Part shown: piece by piece, positions 13,463 to 24,710 of the stretch
Layout: each line of letters opens with the position of its first letter
Numbering within the stretch: position 1 is the first letter of the stretch
NCBI RefSeq assembly: GCF_006345805.1
Contig: NW_021835408.1
Span: 1-40,696, forward strand
Origin: Octopus sinensis
Taxonomy: Eukaryota
Reading direction: 5' to 3'
Length of the DNA stretch: 40,696 nucleotides
The notes under the pieces: generated by a model
What the model saw: only the letters and a program-made list of their open reading frames with translations
Told to the model about the DNA's origin: nothing
Database searches by the model: none
Translations under genes and position numbers: made by a program

Positions 13463-13797
13463 CGAGACCCCCTTCGGTCACGACACAGACCATGGGATTG
13501 CACCTAGAAAGTTACCCTCCTAGACACAAGTCCGGGCAAGGTTGTTTATGGAAGACCAGCAGTTGCCCATGCATACCGGCCTCCCCACTCCACGCCACCA
13601 GTGTTATCCAAGGGAAAGACAAAGATCGATACAGCTTGGCACCAGAGACGTCGCAACTCATTTCTACAGCTGAGTGAACTGGAGCAACGTGAAATAAAGT
13701 GCCTTTCTCAAGAACACAACACGCAGCCCGGTCCGGAATTCGAGCTCACAACCTCACGATCGTAAGCTCGACGCTCTAACCACTGAGCCATGCGCCT
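13463..13797 (-). mobile_element. SINE family D, full length
   Basis: Minus strand reads GGCGCATGGCTCAGTGGTTAGAGCG (A-box), a B-box-like GAGCTCGAATTCC, TGTTCTTGAGAAAGGCACTTT, and 3' end TGCAATCCCATGGTC...GACCGAAGGGGGTCTC. Same family as 22955-23280. Confidence 0.9.
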
Positions 13798-14209
13798 TCA
13801 CTAATCACTAAGCGACACACTTTCACTTGTGTGTGTATTAATTTGAACATGCCCATCTCTATATTGTTATTGTTGTGTTGTTCCTTTTGATCGAACAAGT
13901 GTATAATGAAAAGCATCCCTTTCCGTAGCCATCGTATTTTTCTTTTCATTTTTTCAAGCATATATCTTACCCAGAACTAATTTATTCAAACAGAAGAATG
14001 TGGTTTCCGAGAACTTGGTTGCTATTTTTAGTAGATCGAGCGTATACGTAGGGGCTCTTTTATATGTATTTGTGAAGTGCATGTATAGATATAATGGGCT
14101 GATAGCTAGATAGACAACCAGATAGATGCTATGGAAGAATGCAACACAAAGGAAGTAATTTAAAAAGACAGAAAGTAAAACAGATGTATGACATTCCGTG
14201 TGGGAATCT

Positions 14210-14399
14210 CTTTTATTCACTCCTGTTTGAAGTCACCGGACTGCAGCCTTGCTGGAGCACCACCTGGAAGGGCTTAGCCGAACAAGACGATCCAAGAATT
14301 TTTTGTAAGTCTGATACTTATTCTATCGATCTCTTTTGCTGAACGAAGAAGTAAACAAAGTAAAGCCGGTTGACAAGCGGTGCTGGAGGACAAGCACAA

Positions 14400-14441
<42 letters not shown>

Positions 14442-14445
14442 ACAC
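14210..14445 (-). mobile_element. SINE family B, 3' module plus internal (CA)n
   Basis: GCTGGAGCACC...TACTTATTCTATCGATCTCTTTTGCTGAAC...GACAAGCGGTG...GACAAGCAC, followed by (CA)n. Confidence 0.75.
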
Positions 14446-14485
14446 ATGTATATCGTTGTCAACTGTCGAACACGACTCTCACTAC

Positions 14486-14527
14486 ATAAACCTGATGATT
14501 GCGTAATGCATGAAAGTACTTGTTTAT
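14486..14527 (+). ncRNA. Minimal type I hammerhead ribozyme motif (plus strand)
   Basis: ATAAAC-CTGATGA-tTGC(gtaat)GCAt-GAAA-GTAC-T-T-GTTTAT. Stem I is 6/6 bp, the core is intact, and helix III is the palindrome AGTACT. Predicted cleavage is 3' of 14521 (CUU). The base of stem II is a U-U mismatch. Confidence 0.7.
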
Positions 14528-14706
14528 TTCAATATTATGAAATTGTAAATTAAAAAAAAACGTGACAATCAGATTTAGTTGGAACTTCATTGATCAATAT
14601 ATTCTTCTTTGTGCAATCAGACAAACTGGGATATATGTAACATATGGTATAATTATAAACAGGGCAAATTTTACCCATTTCTCCGCAGACTGAAACTAAT
14701 AGTGAA

Positions 14707-14752
14707 CAACATTAACCGATTTTCGAACCTTATTGGGTTCTCATCAGAGGTG
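14707..14752 (-). ncRNA. Minimal type I hammerhead ribozyme motif (minus strand)
   Basis: CACCT-CTGATGA-GAACC(caataa)GGTTC-GAAA-ATCGGT-T-A-ATGTTG. The core and 5-bp stem II are perfect, and helix III AAUCGGUU is self-complementary with G-U pairs. Stem I is partly mismatched. Confidence 0.75.
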
Positions 14753-15009
14753 TATGCCTCATTCTGACATTCTCCAGGGAAACAAACAGCGGAACTGTTT
14801 ATATACTCAACAAATGCAGCAGTTACTCTATGAAGGAGTTCCTAATTTGCATACCGAAAGTGTTTAACACTCTATAAATACCAGAGGCCTGTCAGTGGGT
14901 ATCTTATTCCACACAGTATCAAGGTATGATTTAATAAATATGTAACATGGTATAATTATAAACAGAGCAAATTTTAGCCATTTCTCCGCAGACTGAAAAA
15001 ATTATGAAA

Positions 15010-15048
15010 AACCTTAAACTATTTTCGAACCTTATTGGGTGTTCATCA
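15010..15048 (-). ncRNA. Decayed second copy of the minus-strand hammerhead
   Basis: GTGATGA-ACACC(caataa)GGTTC-GAAA-ATAGTT-T-A-AGGTTT. The core C and stem II are mutated. Its 3' stem I strand (AGGT) complements the 5' strand (ACCT) of the 14707-14752 copy. Confidence 0.55.
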
Positions 15049-15050
15049 CA

Positions 15051-15231
15051 CGCATACGTAAAGGGTTTCTGTTTCAAAACAATTTCCGTTTACGAAATTC
15101 ACTCACAAGAAATTTGTCAGTCCAGAGGTATAGTTGAAGACACTTGCTCAATATGTTGCGTTGTAGAATTGAACCCGGAACTTCATGGTAATAGAAGCAA
15201 GTTTCTTAACCAAACAGCCTCGCCTGCGCCT
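15051..15231 (-). mobile_element. SINE family B, 5' module
   Basis: TTTCCGTTTACGAAATTCACTCACAAG...AGACACTTGCTCAA...GAACCCGGAAC...GCAAGTTTCTTAACCAAACAGCCTCGCCTGCGCC. Confidence 0.75.
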
Positions 15232-15533
15232 ATGAAAATATGTGCAAGTAATCTTATATAATTATATAGCAAAAGCCACTGACATACAAACACGCACACA
15301 CACACGCAAACATTCACACGCACACATACACACGCACACATACACACGCACGCATGTAATAGATTGGCTGTTAATAAATCTGAAACTACAAGCATTTATA
15401 GGAAGACTAACAATATACACCGCATCAACATATAAAAGAAAATGTTAAATCACATAAATTCTCAATATTTACAAAATATGCTGTGGATTCGATATTGTAG
15501 TGTTTAACTTACATCTGTAACAATGGGAGAAAT

Positions 15534-15564
<31 letters not shown>

Positions 15565-15650
15565 CACGGGAAGGAGATAGTGATAAAATATTGACCTCAG
15601 ACATAAAATTTGGACTTCCATCTCATATATATATATAATATATATATATA

Positions 15651-16149
15651 TACTAGCAGTATCGCCCGGCGTTGCTCGGGTTTGTAAGGGAAATAACTAT
15701 ATAAGCATTTTTAGAGAGTTACTTCCCTTATAGATGCCAATTCGGGCTTTCTTAGCCATTTCTGTTTTGGTGTCTTCAAGCCATGAAGTCGTTGTTCTAA
15801 AAGAACGCTGGTCTCCTTGACAACGCTTTACGGCGTTGATTTCCTTACACTCCCTTCCCCACAGCTTCACGAAGGAGGGAAGAAGGGGGAGAAGCAAACA
15901 GGTGCAGGTGTGACCATGGACGCCAACTCCGCCGCCATCGACATACGAAAAATTATGCATTAAAATGGAATAAAAAATGATGTTAAATTATTTTTAAAAT
16001 CGTAGACTCATCGTAGACGCGCGCTAATAGCCAGACGGGCTCGATATGAATCACGACTATAAGATACCCGAATTTGGTTAAACTGCACTGCAAAATGTGG
16101 GAGGAGTTAGGAATCTAAATCGAAGGGGACAGACACTCACACAACTACA

Positions 16150-16160
<11 letters not shown>
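15651..16160 (+). mobile_element. Non-autonomous Helitron/Helentron-type (DINE-1/Lep1-like) element
   Basis: 5' ACTAGCAGTATCGCCCGGCGTTGCTCGGG and 3' AAATGTGGGAGGAGTTAGG...ACAGACACTCACACAACTACAGTTTTATATATAT. This end architecture is typical of such elements. It sits within TA repeats. Confidence 0.6.
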
Positions 16161-16177
<17 letters not shown>

Positions 16178-16185
<8 letters not shown>

Positions 16186-16420
16186 TGTGTGGCAAGAAGT
16201 TTGCTTTCCAGCCACATGTTCCGAGTTCAGTTTCGCTGCGTGGCACCTTGGGCAGGTGTCTTCTACTATAGCCTCGGACCGACCAAAGCGTTGTGAGTAG
16301 ATTTGGTAGACGGAAACTGAAAGGAGCTCGTTGTATATGTATATATCCTATGTGTGTGTGTCTTTGTGTCTGTGTTTGTCCCCCACCACCACTTGTAAAC
16401 CGGTGTTGGAGTGTGTTTAT
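16178..16420 (+). mobile_element. SINE family B, head and internal microsatellite, 3'-truncated
   Basis: ATGGCTGTGTGGCAAGAAG...GAGTTCAG...GGCACCTTGGGCAGGTGTCTTCTACTATAGCCTCGG...GGAAACTGAAAGG, then TA/TG repeats and GTGTTTGTCCCCC. Confidence 0.85.
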
Positions 16421-16439
16421 ATAGCAGATATAGCCAGAT

Positions 16440-17483
16440 TATCGTTAAATTCCCATTTTGATTCTTGACGCATCTTAACGCTCATTGATGGCTGTCACTG
16501 CGCCTTGGGTTAAATCCATCTCGCTTTGTCGGCTTATAATATTTCCCTTGTCAGCTCATTAAGATAGTATTTCTGTGGCAAATGAGTTGTTTTGACACTT
16601 ATTTCTAGCAATACTGGTGCACATTGAGTAATATTTACTGCATCTTTAACTTTAATAAAAATATTTTTTGACAAATATAAGTGAAGCAAATGAACTTCTC
16701 TGAATGCACTAAAAACACTATAACATATTCTGAACACTATTTCAGAAAATTATCCCCATTCAATTTCAGCATGTAAAAAACAATTTTAGGTTGGGAGAAA
16801 ACGAGTGAAATAACATAGTGTAAATTGAAATACATCTGGAAACAGACTTGTACACATAAATATCTGTCCTTAGACATCAAAAAGATCTGGAACGCAAAAA
16901 AGTTTTAAATATCTAGGTTAAATAAAAACGAAAAATGGAAAAGGGCACATGATATGAAAGTAATGAAACTCGACTAAATTTAAAAACTCAGCATAAAATA
17001 TTCTTTATCTTCACGATCTGCTGGAGTGGCTCTCTTCCTGATGTATTTACGCCTCAAGCAGTTACAGAGAAGAAATTATTGAAATTGGCCATTACTGATT
17101 TCGCCCTACTTTAGACATAGCTTTTTGAAAAGTGTAAATTAGAAATGTAGGCATTAGTGTGGGGGAAAATTGACTTGAAACCGAACAGAGAAAAGATTTT
17201 TCATTGTTAAACATCAAAAATTCTCCAGGTATTTTATTAGCAAACTCAATTACATTCAACTCAAAGCTGAAAAATAAAATTTAAAAAGTACCTGTCACCT
17301 AACAGTATTTCAAACTCTCCCAGTCTCAACAACAACTACGCTGACCAACCTTTACTCCTAAAGATGTTGCAACTGTACAAAACGACGATGCAATACTCGT
17401 AATGGTTTCAACAGGTAAAAAGAAAATACAAGAAAATCAAAACTTACTCATTTTGCCCCAGTTACCAATTTTGCCCCACTTAC
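16440..17483 (-). mobile_element. Possible pogo/Fot1-type DNA transposon remnant
   Basis: The terminal motif TTTTGCCCCAGTTACCAATTTTGCCCCACTTAC (about 17450-17483) resembles pogo-family TIRs. The weak minus-strand peptide MDLTQGAVTAINE near 16490 recalls the HTH_psq start. The interior is not recognisable. Confidence 0.35.
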
Positions 17484-17890
17484 TAATCATCGCAACATTT
17501 TCCAGGCATTGTGTATCTTGGACAAGAAAATCCAAAGTGTCATTCTTTTAAGGGGGAAGAGTATGATTAGCTCGTTCCTATTTCTAGCAGGTCGAGAAGT
17601 TAAGCAAAGGTTTTCTTGGGTGACATCGATGGCAAAATAAAAATGCTCGAGTCAAATGTCAAAAACTAGTTACGTGTTCTTAGGTGGCCATTAAAACTTT
17701 CTTCTACCAATAAAAAGCTTTCTCAAGATACTGTCACATGAAAACCAGAGAACTAGCGTTTTTGTTGGTAGGTGATTTTTGAGGATGGTTATGACAGATA
17801 CCAGTTGTTAGAAAGAGAATGGTTTACCATATAATTGTTTTGAGAAAGAATTTTCATGTGGCTGTGATAGACATTCACATATATTCACAG

Positions 17891-17891
<1 letters not shown>

Positions 17892-17949
<58 letters not shown>

Positions 17950-18035
17950 TGTGTATGTATGTGTTCAGAGACAGTGAGAGTAGAAGGAAGGAGGTAGAGG
18001 GCATGCAACGAATTAAATATAGATAATAGATATTC

Positions 18036-18067
<32 letters not shown>

Positions 18068-18208
18068 ATATATATAATATAAATATATATATATATACAT
18101 ATATACATACATGTATATATATATATATAATTATATATATAAACACACGCAGAAATACATATTGAAAGATATAAACATACATGCATGTACTGAGAGATAT
18201 ACGTATGC

Positions 18209-18249
<41 letters not shown>

Positions 18250-18335
18250 CATAATTATATACATACATAGAAATATATATATAAATATGCATATACATAA
18301 AAATATGAATGTGTGTGTGCGTGCTTATGTGTGTG
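17892..18335. repeat. (GT)n and (TA)n microsatellites
   Basis: Direct reading. Confidence 0.9.
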
Positions 18336-18765
18336 TGGTCAGATGTACGTTCACCTCTACAATGGCAGCACCAATCCTCACTCCACTGCATTCAATACAA
18401 CAGATAGAAAAATCAAAATATTACTTCTACTTGCTTGATTCTATGACATTTACTTCAAATGGTCACTACCTGGCTCTCCTTTCTTTTTTGTATGTTTTAG
18501 CTTTTGTTTTTACTTTTTTCTTCCTCATTAAAAGACATAAAGAATGGATGCCACATCTTGTCAAATAGACTGGTCAAGATGGCAGCCGAACGAAATGTCT
18601 TTTGCTAGATGAAATATATGGAATGTGTTATGCAGACGACATTAACAATTGACAAGCAAACTCTTCCTGTTTCTTTGTTAAAGTTTGTTGGTCTGTATAT
18701 GTATGTGTGTTTGTTAGTGTTTCTGTTTATGTGTTTGTGATTGTTTTCTCTCTCTCTCCCCTCTC

Positions 18766-18797
<32 letters not shown>

Positions 18798-18904
18798 GTG
18801 CGCGCATGTGGGTGTATGTGTGTGCGCTCTGTGGGTGTGCTCCCGTGTATGTGTATTTCTGTACACGTGTGCGCGTGGATTTCTATTTATCTTTTATCTT
18901 TAAT

Positions 18905-19290
18905 CTCCTATCCGTTTCAGTCACCTGACTATGGCCATACTGGGGCAACGCCTTGAAGAATTTTAGTCGAATGAATTGACCCTAGTATTAATATTAATTT
19001 TTGTAGTCGAATTACTAGGTTACGGGGACATAAACACACCAACACCGGTTATCAAACGGTGATAGGGGACAAAGACAGGCACACAGACTCACACCAACAC
19101 CACATATATATATATATTTATTCACGACGGGCTTCTTTCAGTTTCTGTTTACCAAATCCAATCACAGGGCTTGGGTCCGCCCAAAGCTATAATAGAAAAC
19201 ACTTGTCAAAAGTCCCTCGCAGTGGGACTGAACCTGGAACCATGTGGTTGGGAAGCAAACTTCTTACCACACAACTACACCTGCCCTTAT
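18905..19290 (-). mobile_element. SINE family B, full length with internal (CA)/(TA) microsatellite
   Basis: The 3' module, microsatellite and head (GGGACTGAACCTGGAACCATGTGGTTGGGAAGCAAACTTCTTACCACAC) are contiguous. Confidence 0.85.
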
Positions 19291-19395
19291 GTATACGTTT
19301 CTGGCATTTGTTTTCAATCAAGACTATTCATCTGTAACAGAGCAAACCAAACATTTTCTTGCGTACGCTTTTTGAACTTCAAAAAAAATGTAACT

Positions 19396-19716
19396 GCCAC
19401 TCCATCGGTTACGACGGTAAATGTTTCCAGTTGATCCGATCAACGGAACAGCATGCCCGTGAAATTAACGTGCAAGTGACTGAGTACTCCACAGATACAC
19501 ATACCCTTAACGTAGTTCTCAGGGAGATTTCAGCGGGATACAGAGTCTAACAAAGCTGGCCCTTTGAAATGCTGGTATAACTAATTTTTTGCCAGTTGAA
19601 CTGACTGGAGTAACGCGAAATAAAGTGTTTTGCTCAAGGACACAACACACCGTCGGGAATCGAACTCATTGCCTTAAGATCGTGAACTGAATACCTAACC
19701 ACTTGACCTCCTGCCT
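19396..19716 (-). mobile_element. SINE family C, near full length
   Basis: CACTCCATCGGTTACGACG...CCAGTTGATCCGATCAACGGAACAGC...CTCAAGGACACAAC...GGGAATCGAACTC...CTAACCACT. Confidence 0.9.
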
Positions 19717-20094
19717 TTGAACTTTAAAGTCGTTTCAACAGGCATTAATGATAATAAGTTGTTATTGTCATTGCTGTTGTTGTTTAACCTCCATCGATCA
19801 GACACCCGATCAAAGGTATTCCCATTTGACTATTGTTCTTCTATATCCTCGAGTGTCCTTTAGCGAAGCTCGCACCTTGGTAAGCATTCAGACCAAAGGG
19901 TAATCGGCGATCCCCTTCCTTTTCTGACTAATCAACTAATGTCTACTAAGAGTCATGACCTATGACGTAAATGAAAGAGCATCTACACTGTCGCTTGACG
20001 ATCAAGAAATAACAGCGAAAATATGACGCCAGTCGCAACCTATTCTTTTATAATGAGAAGGAAACAATGGATAATGTGCCTAGGACTATATTTA

Positions 20095-20321
20095 CTTATA
20101 AACGTTCAAATATTGGTTTCAAATACTATACATAAGGTTAGCAGGTTTGGGGAGAGACTAAGTTGATTAAATCTACCCCAGTGCTCAACTGGTATTTTAT
20201 CGACTCCGAAAGAATGAATGGTAAAGTAAACCCCGGCGGCATTTGAACCCAGGACGTAAAGATGGACGAAATGTCGGTAAGCATTTTCCCCAGCGTTCTA
20301 ACGATTCTGCCAGCTCGCCCT
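20095..20321 (-). mobile_element. SINE family A
   Basis: CCCCAGTGCTCAACTGGTATTTTATCGACTCCGAAAG...CGGCGGCATTTGAACCCAG...AACGATTCTGCCAGCTCGCCC. Confidence 0.8.
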
Positions 20322-20447
20322 TTATTATAATCAGTCAAAGATTAAAAATAATAAAAGACTTTTTTTTGTTGTTTTGTATATTTAGAGGATATGCCACGGC
20401 GTGTGATAAGATGACCAATCATAAATCTCTGCATATCGTATATGCAA

Positions 20448-20449
<2 letters not shown>

Positions 20450-20538
<89 letters not shown>

Positions 20539-20569
20539 TGTGTGTATGTGTGTGTGTGTGTGTGTGTGT
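20450..20569. repeat. (GT)n microsatellite
   Basis: Direct reading. Confidence 0.95.
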
Positions 20570-21380
20570 TATTCCTTAAAAAGCAATACTATTGACAGTA
20601 ACTGCCAAGTTAATCCATCGTCGGACGATGTCTTAACTGGCCGAAAGTTCGAAGTCACTATCAATGATATTCTCGTTTAAAAACGATAAATTTGTACACT
20701 TCAGATTAATGTAAAAGATATTTTATTATGACTGAACTTAAAAAAACAAACATGAACACACACACACACACACATACAAACATATACACATGTGTGGGAG
20801 TGTGTATATACAGAGCGAGGAGAGGGAGAGGGTGAGACAGACAGACAGACAGACAGCGTGGTGCGTTTGTATATGTGCTTGTGTGTGTGTGTATGTGTGT
20901 ACTATGGAGATTTGGCATCACTAGATGTAAGTGTGAAAAAACAGACTGTCAAGTAAAGCAAATTACACATTCGTACTTATAATAAGAGTATCCATGTAAC
21001 CCGATTCTTTATATTGTAATATGGAAGCATTTATTTTCTTCTAACAACGTCCAGGAATGGCTTGAAAAGAGAAAAAAAATTTTCCAGTGGCTTATACATA
21101 TTATGCATAACATACATATGTAAATGAATACATTAATAAGGATATTGCAGTGCTGCAAATAATCATACTGCGCGGTACCTCGAGTCAGTGTCTTCTACTA
21201 TAACCTCAGACGTCCCAGAGCTTTGTGAGTGGATTTGGTAGACGAAAACTACAAGAAGCCTGTCGTATATATATATATATTTATATCAACATATTTATAT
21301 CAACATATATATATATATATATATATAATATATATATATATTTATTTATTTATTTACGACGGGCTTCTTCAGTTTCTTTC

Positions 21381-21511
21381 AGTGACTGAGTACTCCACAG
21401 ACACACATACCCTTAACGTAGTTCCCAGGGAGATTTCAGCGTGATACAGAGTCTAACAAAGCTGGCCCTTTGAAATGCTGGTATAACTAATTTTTTGCCA
21501 GTTGAATTGAC
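21381..21511 (-). repeat. 131-bp local duplicate of 19475-19605 (internal piece of SINE family C)
   Basis: 4 mismatches in 131 bp. It shares private variants (GAGATTTCAGC, AGTCTAACAAAGC, GAAATGCTGGTATAACTAA) that are absent from the family C copies at 12767 and 22341. Confidence 0.9.
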
Positions 21512-21663
21512 TTACACTAAATATATATATATATATATATCAACATGAGAAACGTTTGTTCGTTTTTATTTTGTTTTGTCTTTTGTTTTTTTTTTTTTGC
21601 TTTCTCAGTCCATCTTTTTTCCTCTCATCCCTTTCCGTCGAAAAGCGTATATATACATTTATA

Positions 21664-21822
21664 TACGACAGACTTCTTTCAATTTCCGTTTTCTATATCC
21701 ACTCACAAGGTTTTGGTCGGCCTGAGGATATTGCAGAAGATACTTGCCCAAGGTGCCACGCAGTAGGACAGAACCCGGAACTATGTGGTTGGGAAGCATA
21801 CTTCTTGTCATACAGCAACGCC
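21664..21822 (-). mobile_element. SINE family B, 5' module
   Basis: CCACTCACAAGGTTTTGGTCGGCC...ACTTGCCCAAGGTGCCACGCAG...GAACCCGGAACTATGTGGTTGGGAAGC. Confidence 0.85.
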
Positions 21823-22340
21823 TATATAGGCGTTGCCGTTCATATCTAATGAATCTTAATAAGAACAGAACTGGTCGTCATGACAATCTCACAACATTCT
21901 TCCGTTTTCCAACAAATTCTATAAAAAGAAAAAGAAGGAAAAACAGACTTTTTCAACCGACACGACATCATACTTCTTCCATCAAACTCTTTTATATCTC
22001 TTTGGTAATTCAATTCTGATTTCTAAGAACAGGGTATCGGTGATTATACCGACCTGAGTTCTTCACAGATACTTATTTTATAATATATGATAGGCAACGT
22101 TCGCCTCTGCTTGGTTCGAACACAGAACGTAGAGGGCTATAACTAAATGCTATGTCTTTTGCCCTATAAGCTTGCGATTTCGTAGTTATTCCATACTCCT
22201 TGACTCGTCCTCTAAAGGCGGAGATAGTCTTATTAATTCAATATTTTATGTGGTATGTTATTTGATGTATCTGTATTTGTCTATGTTATTCAAATACATG
22301 CCATTGGCCACTTTTAGATATTTGGCTTAGCTTTGCTGGA

Positions 22341-22650
22341 ACTCCGTCGCTTACGATGACGAGGGTTCCAGTTGATCTGATCAACGGAACAGCCTGCTTG
22401 TCAAATTAACGTGCAAGTGGCTGAGCACTCCACAGACACGCATACCCATAACGTAGTTCTCAGGAAGATTCAGCGTGACACAGAGTGTGATAAGGCTGGC
22501 CCTTTGAATCACAAGTGCTACTCACTCCTGCCAGCTGAGTGAACTGGAACAGCGTGAAATAAAGTGTCTTGATCAAGGACACAATGCGCCGCCAGAAATC
22601 GAACTCGATACCTTACGATTGTAGGCCAAATACCTTAACCACTAAGTTAC
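22341..22650 (-). mobile_element. SINE family C, near full length
   Basis: CTCCGTCGCTTACGATGACGAGGGTTCCAGTTGATC...GAAATAAAGTGTCTTGATCAAGGACAC...AATCGAACTC...TAACCACTAAG. Confidence 0.9.
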
Positions 22651-22954
22651 AACAAATTCTGTTTAAATTAAGCAAATTACCTCAGCCATAAATGTTTCTT
22701 ACTCCTCTTGTACAAATCTAAGTCCTTCCGCTACAGGAGATAAGGTCATGCTGATAACAGCTATTGAACCAGAAATATGTACCCATGACTGTCCGTTTAT
22801 CTCTAAACCCTTGATTCTCGAAATCATCTCCCATACTCATGTAGAGCTAGTCTTAAATGCCATTTGGTATTTATGACACAACCTCCATAAGTGGAGGTAG
22901 TTTTAATAAATCAAAGACATACTTGGATTTGTCGAATATATACTGACCCAGTAA

Positions 22955-23280
22955 AGGCGCTTGGCTTATTGGTTAGAGCGTCAGGCTCACAATCATGAGG
23001 TAGTGAGTTCGATTCCCGAATCAGGCTATGTTCTTGAGCATGACACTTTATTTTACGTTGCTGCAGTTTACTCACCTGTCGAAATGAGTTGTGACGTCAA
23101 TGGTGCCAAGCTGTATCGGCTTTGCCTTTCCTTTGGATAACATCGGTGGCGTGGAGAAGGGAGGCTGGTATGCATGGGCGACTGCTGGTCTTCCATAAAA
23201 CAACCTTGCCCGGACTTGTGCCTCAGAAGGTAACTTTCTAGGTGCAATCCCATGGTCATTCATGATCGAAGGGAGTTTTC
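22955..23280 (+). mobile_element. SINE family D, full length
   Basis: GGCGCTTGGCTTATTGGTTAGAGCG (A-box), GAGTTCGATTCCCG (B-box), and 3' end GGTGCAATCCCATGGTC...GATCGAAGGGAG. Confidence 0.9.
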
Positions 23281-24710
23281 TTTCATATACTGCATGTTTA
23301 TCAAAGACTGTCATAAACTCGATAATGTCGTTCATAGCCCCTGTTTGGATAATTACCAAACGGAAATATGAATAATTGTTTTCAATCGCTGCATGACATG
23401 CATACTGCTTTACGTACACTAACTTTAAATACCTCGGAAAGATTCATACAAATGCCCTACAGATATTTCCACCCTATGACTCTTTCTATTCTACAGCTAC
23501 CACTACCTTATTACCTCAGAGGTGTTTATGCTACAAGTTATTATTATCCAACGTATATTTGAATCAAATGAATTTGTTTTCGTTCAACAGATTTTGTTTT
23601 GTACAGTATTAAGCAGTCCTACGGGGCTTGTTATGAGTGGTTTGACGATGTCAACTGAATTCAGAAACTAAGATAAACTTTTATTCCATATCAATTTTAT
23701 TACATACCTCTAATAGCAATATATAACTACCACTTGTTTTCTTGACATCAAAAGACCTAAAAGACATAATAGAAATTGACAGTGCTTCAACATAGGAAAT
23801 GTTATGCTTCGAGTTTAATGCCTACCACTGAACCATCCTCCTGTATAATGTCCATATCACGAATCCTGGTTTATCTTTATGGCCTCACGTTATTTTGTTG
23901 TTCCTTTTTTTTATGGAGAATATATTGTTTTATAGTGAATATATTGTTTCGAAGATAAAAATGGCTAAAGAGCAATGAAAAAATAACTAAAGAACAATGT
24001 AAATAATCTCTAGGGCTGTGATAACGAAATGTGCATCGGGTAAATATTTCATTGCTATAACGACTCTGACGTGTCTCTCTAAGTGAACTGCACAGTTTAT
24101 AAAACCGAATTATTAAACATGATACTGATGGGTGATACGAATAATGGCTAAAAACACCAGCGGAAGGTCGGTCAGCTGAAAACAAGAGAAGCGGTCTTTC
24201 TAAACGGATATATAAGTGTTATTTGATCTCCGATATCACACTAGCTCTGACCTATACACTGTAACCATCCATATACGACATATTTAATCAGATAAATGAA
24301 AAACTCCTAAATAAATTTCTGCTCTGGCTTTTACGAAGAAAATATAAATGTCCAGCGATGTACTTTTAAAGATGATTTCTTGTATGTATTCCGACAAAAT
24401 GTACGATGCATGGAGTATAAAGAATGCAAAAATAATGATTTCTTACAAAATAATGCAAAAATAATAACATAAACGCCGGCTTCAAGTGAATGACAATAAA
24501 TTGATAATTGGTGAATCAGTTTACGTAAGAAATATGAACCAGAGTAACTAGAATCGGAAATATATTATTGTAAAACGCGTAGTTGAAACATTTTGGTTAC
24601 CACTTCCTCACCTCAGTTTCCTTCTAACATATCAAGTGGTACACATTTAAATACAGAAGTTACACACACACTCACGCATATACACCCCCCACACACATAT
24701 ATATATATAT

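Larger units (their letters stand above)
14455..15050. mobile_element. Hammerhead-bearing non-coding insert (Penelope-like or retrozyme-like) with an internal ~115-bp direct repeat at ~303-bp spacing
   Basis: Direct repeats at 14633-14747 and 14938-15048. Hammerhead motifs occur on both strands. It lies between the two halves of a family B SINE. Confidence 0.65.

Noticed and set aside
13700-23030. tRNA genes
   Set aside because: The A/B-box heads continue into shared SINE bodies and do not close a cloverleaf acceptor stem, so they are SINE heads.
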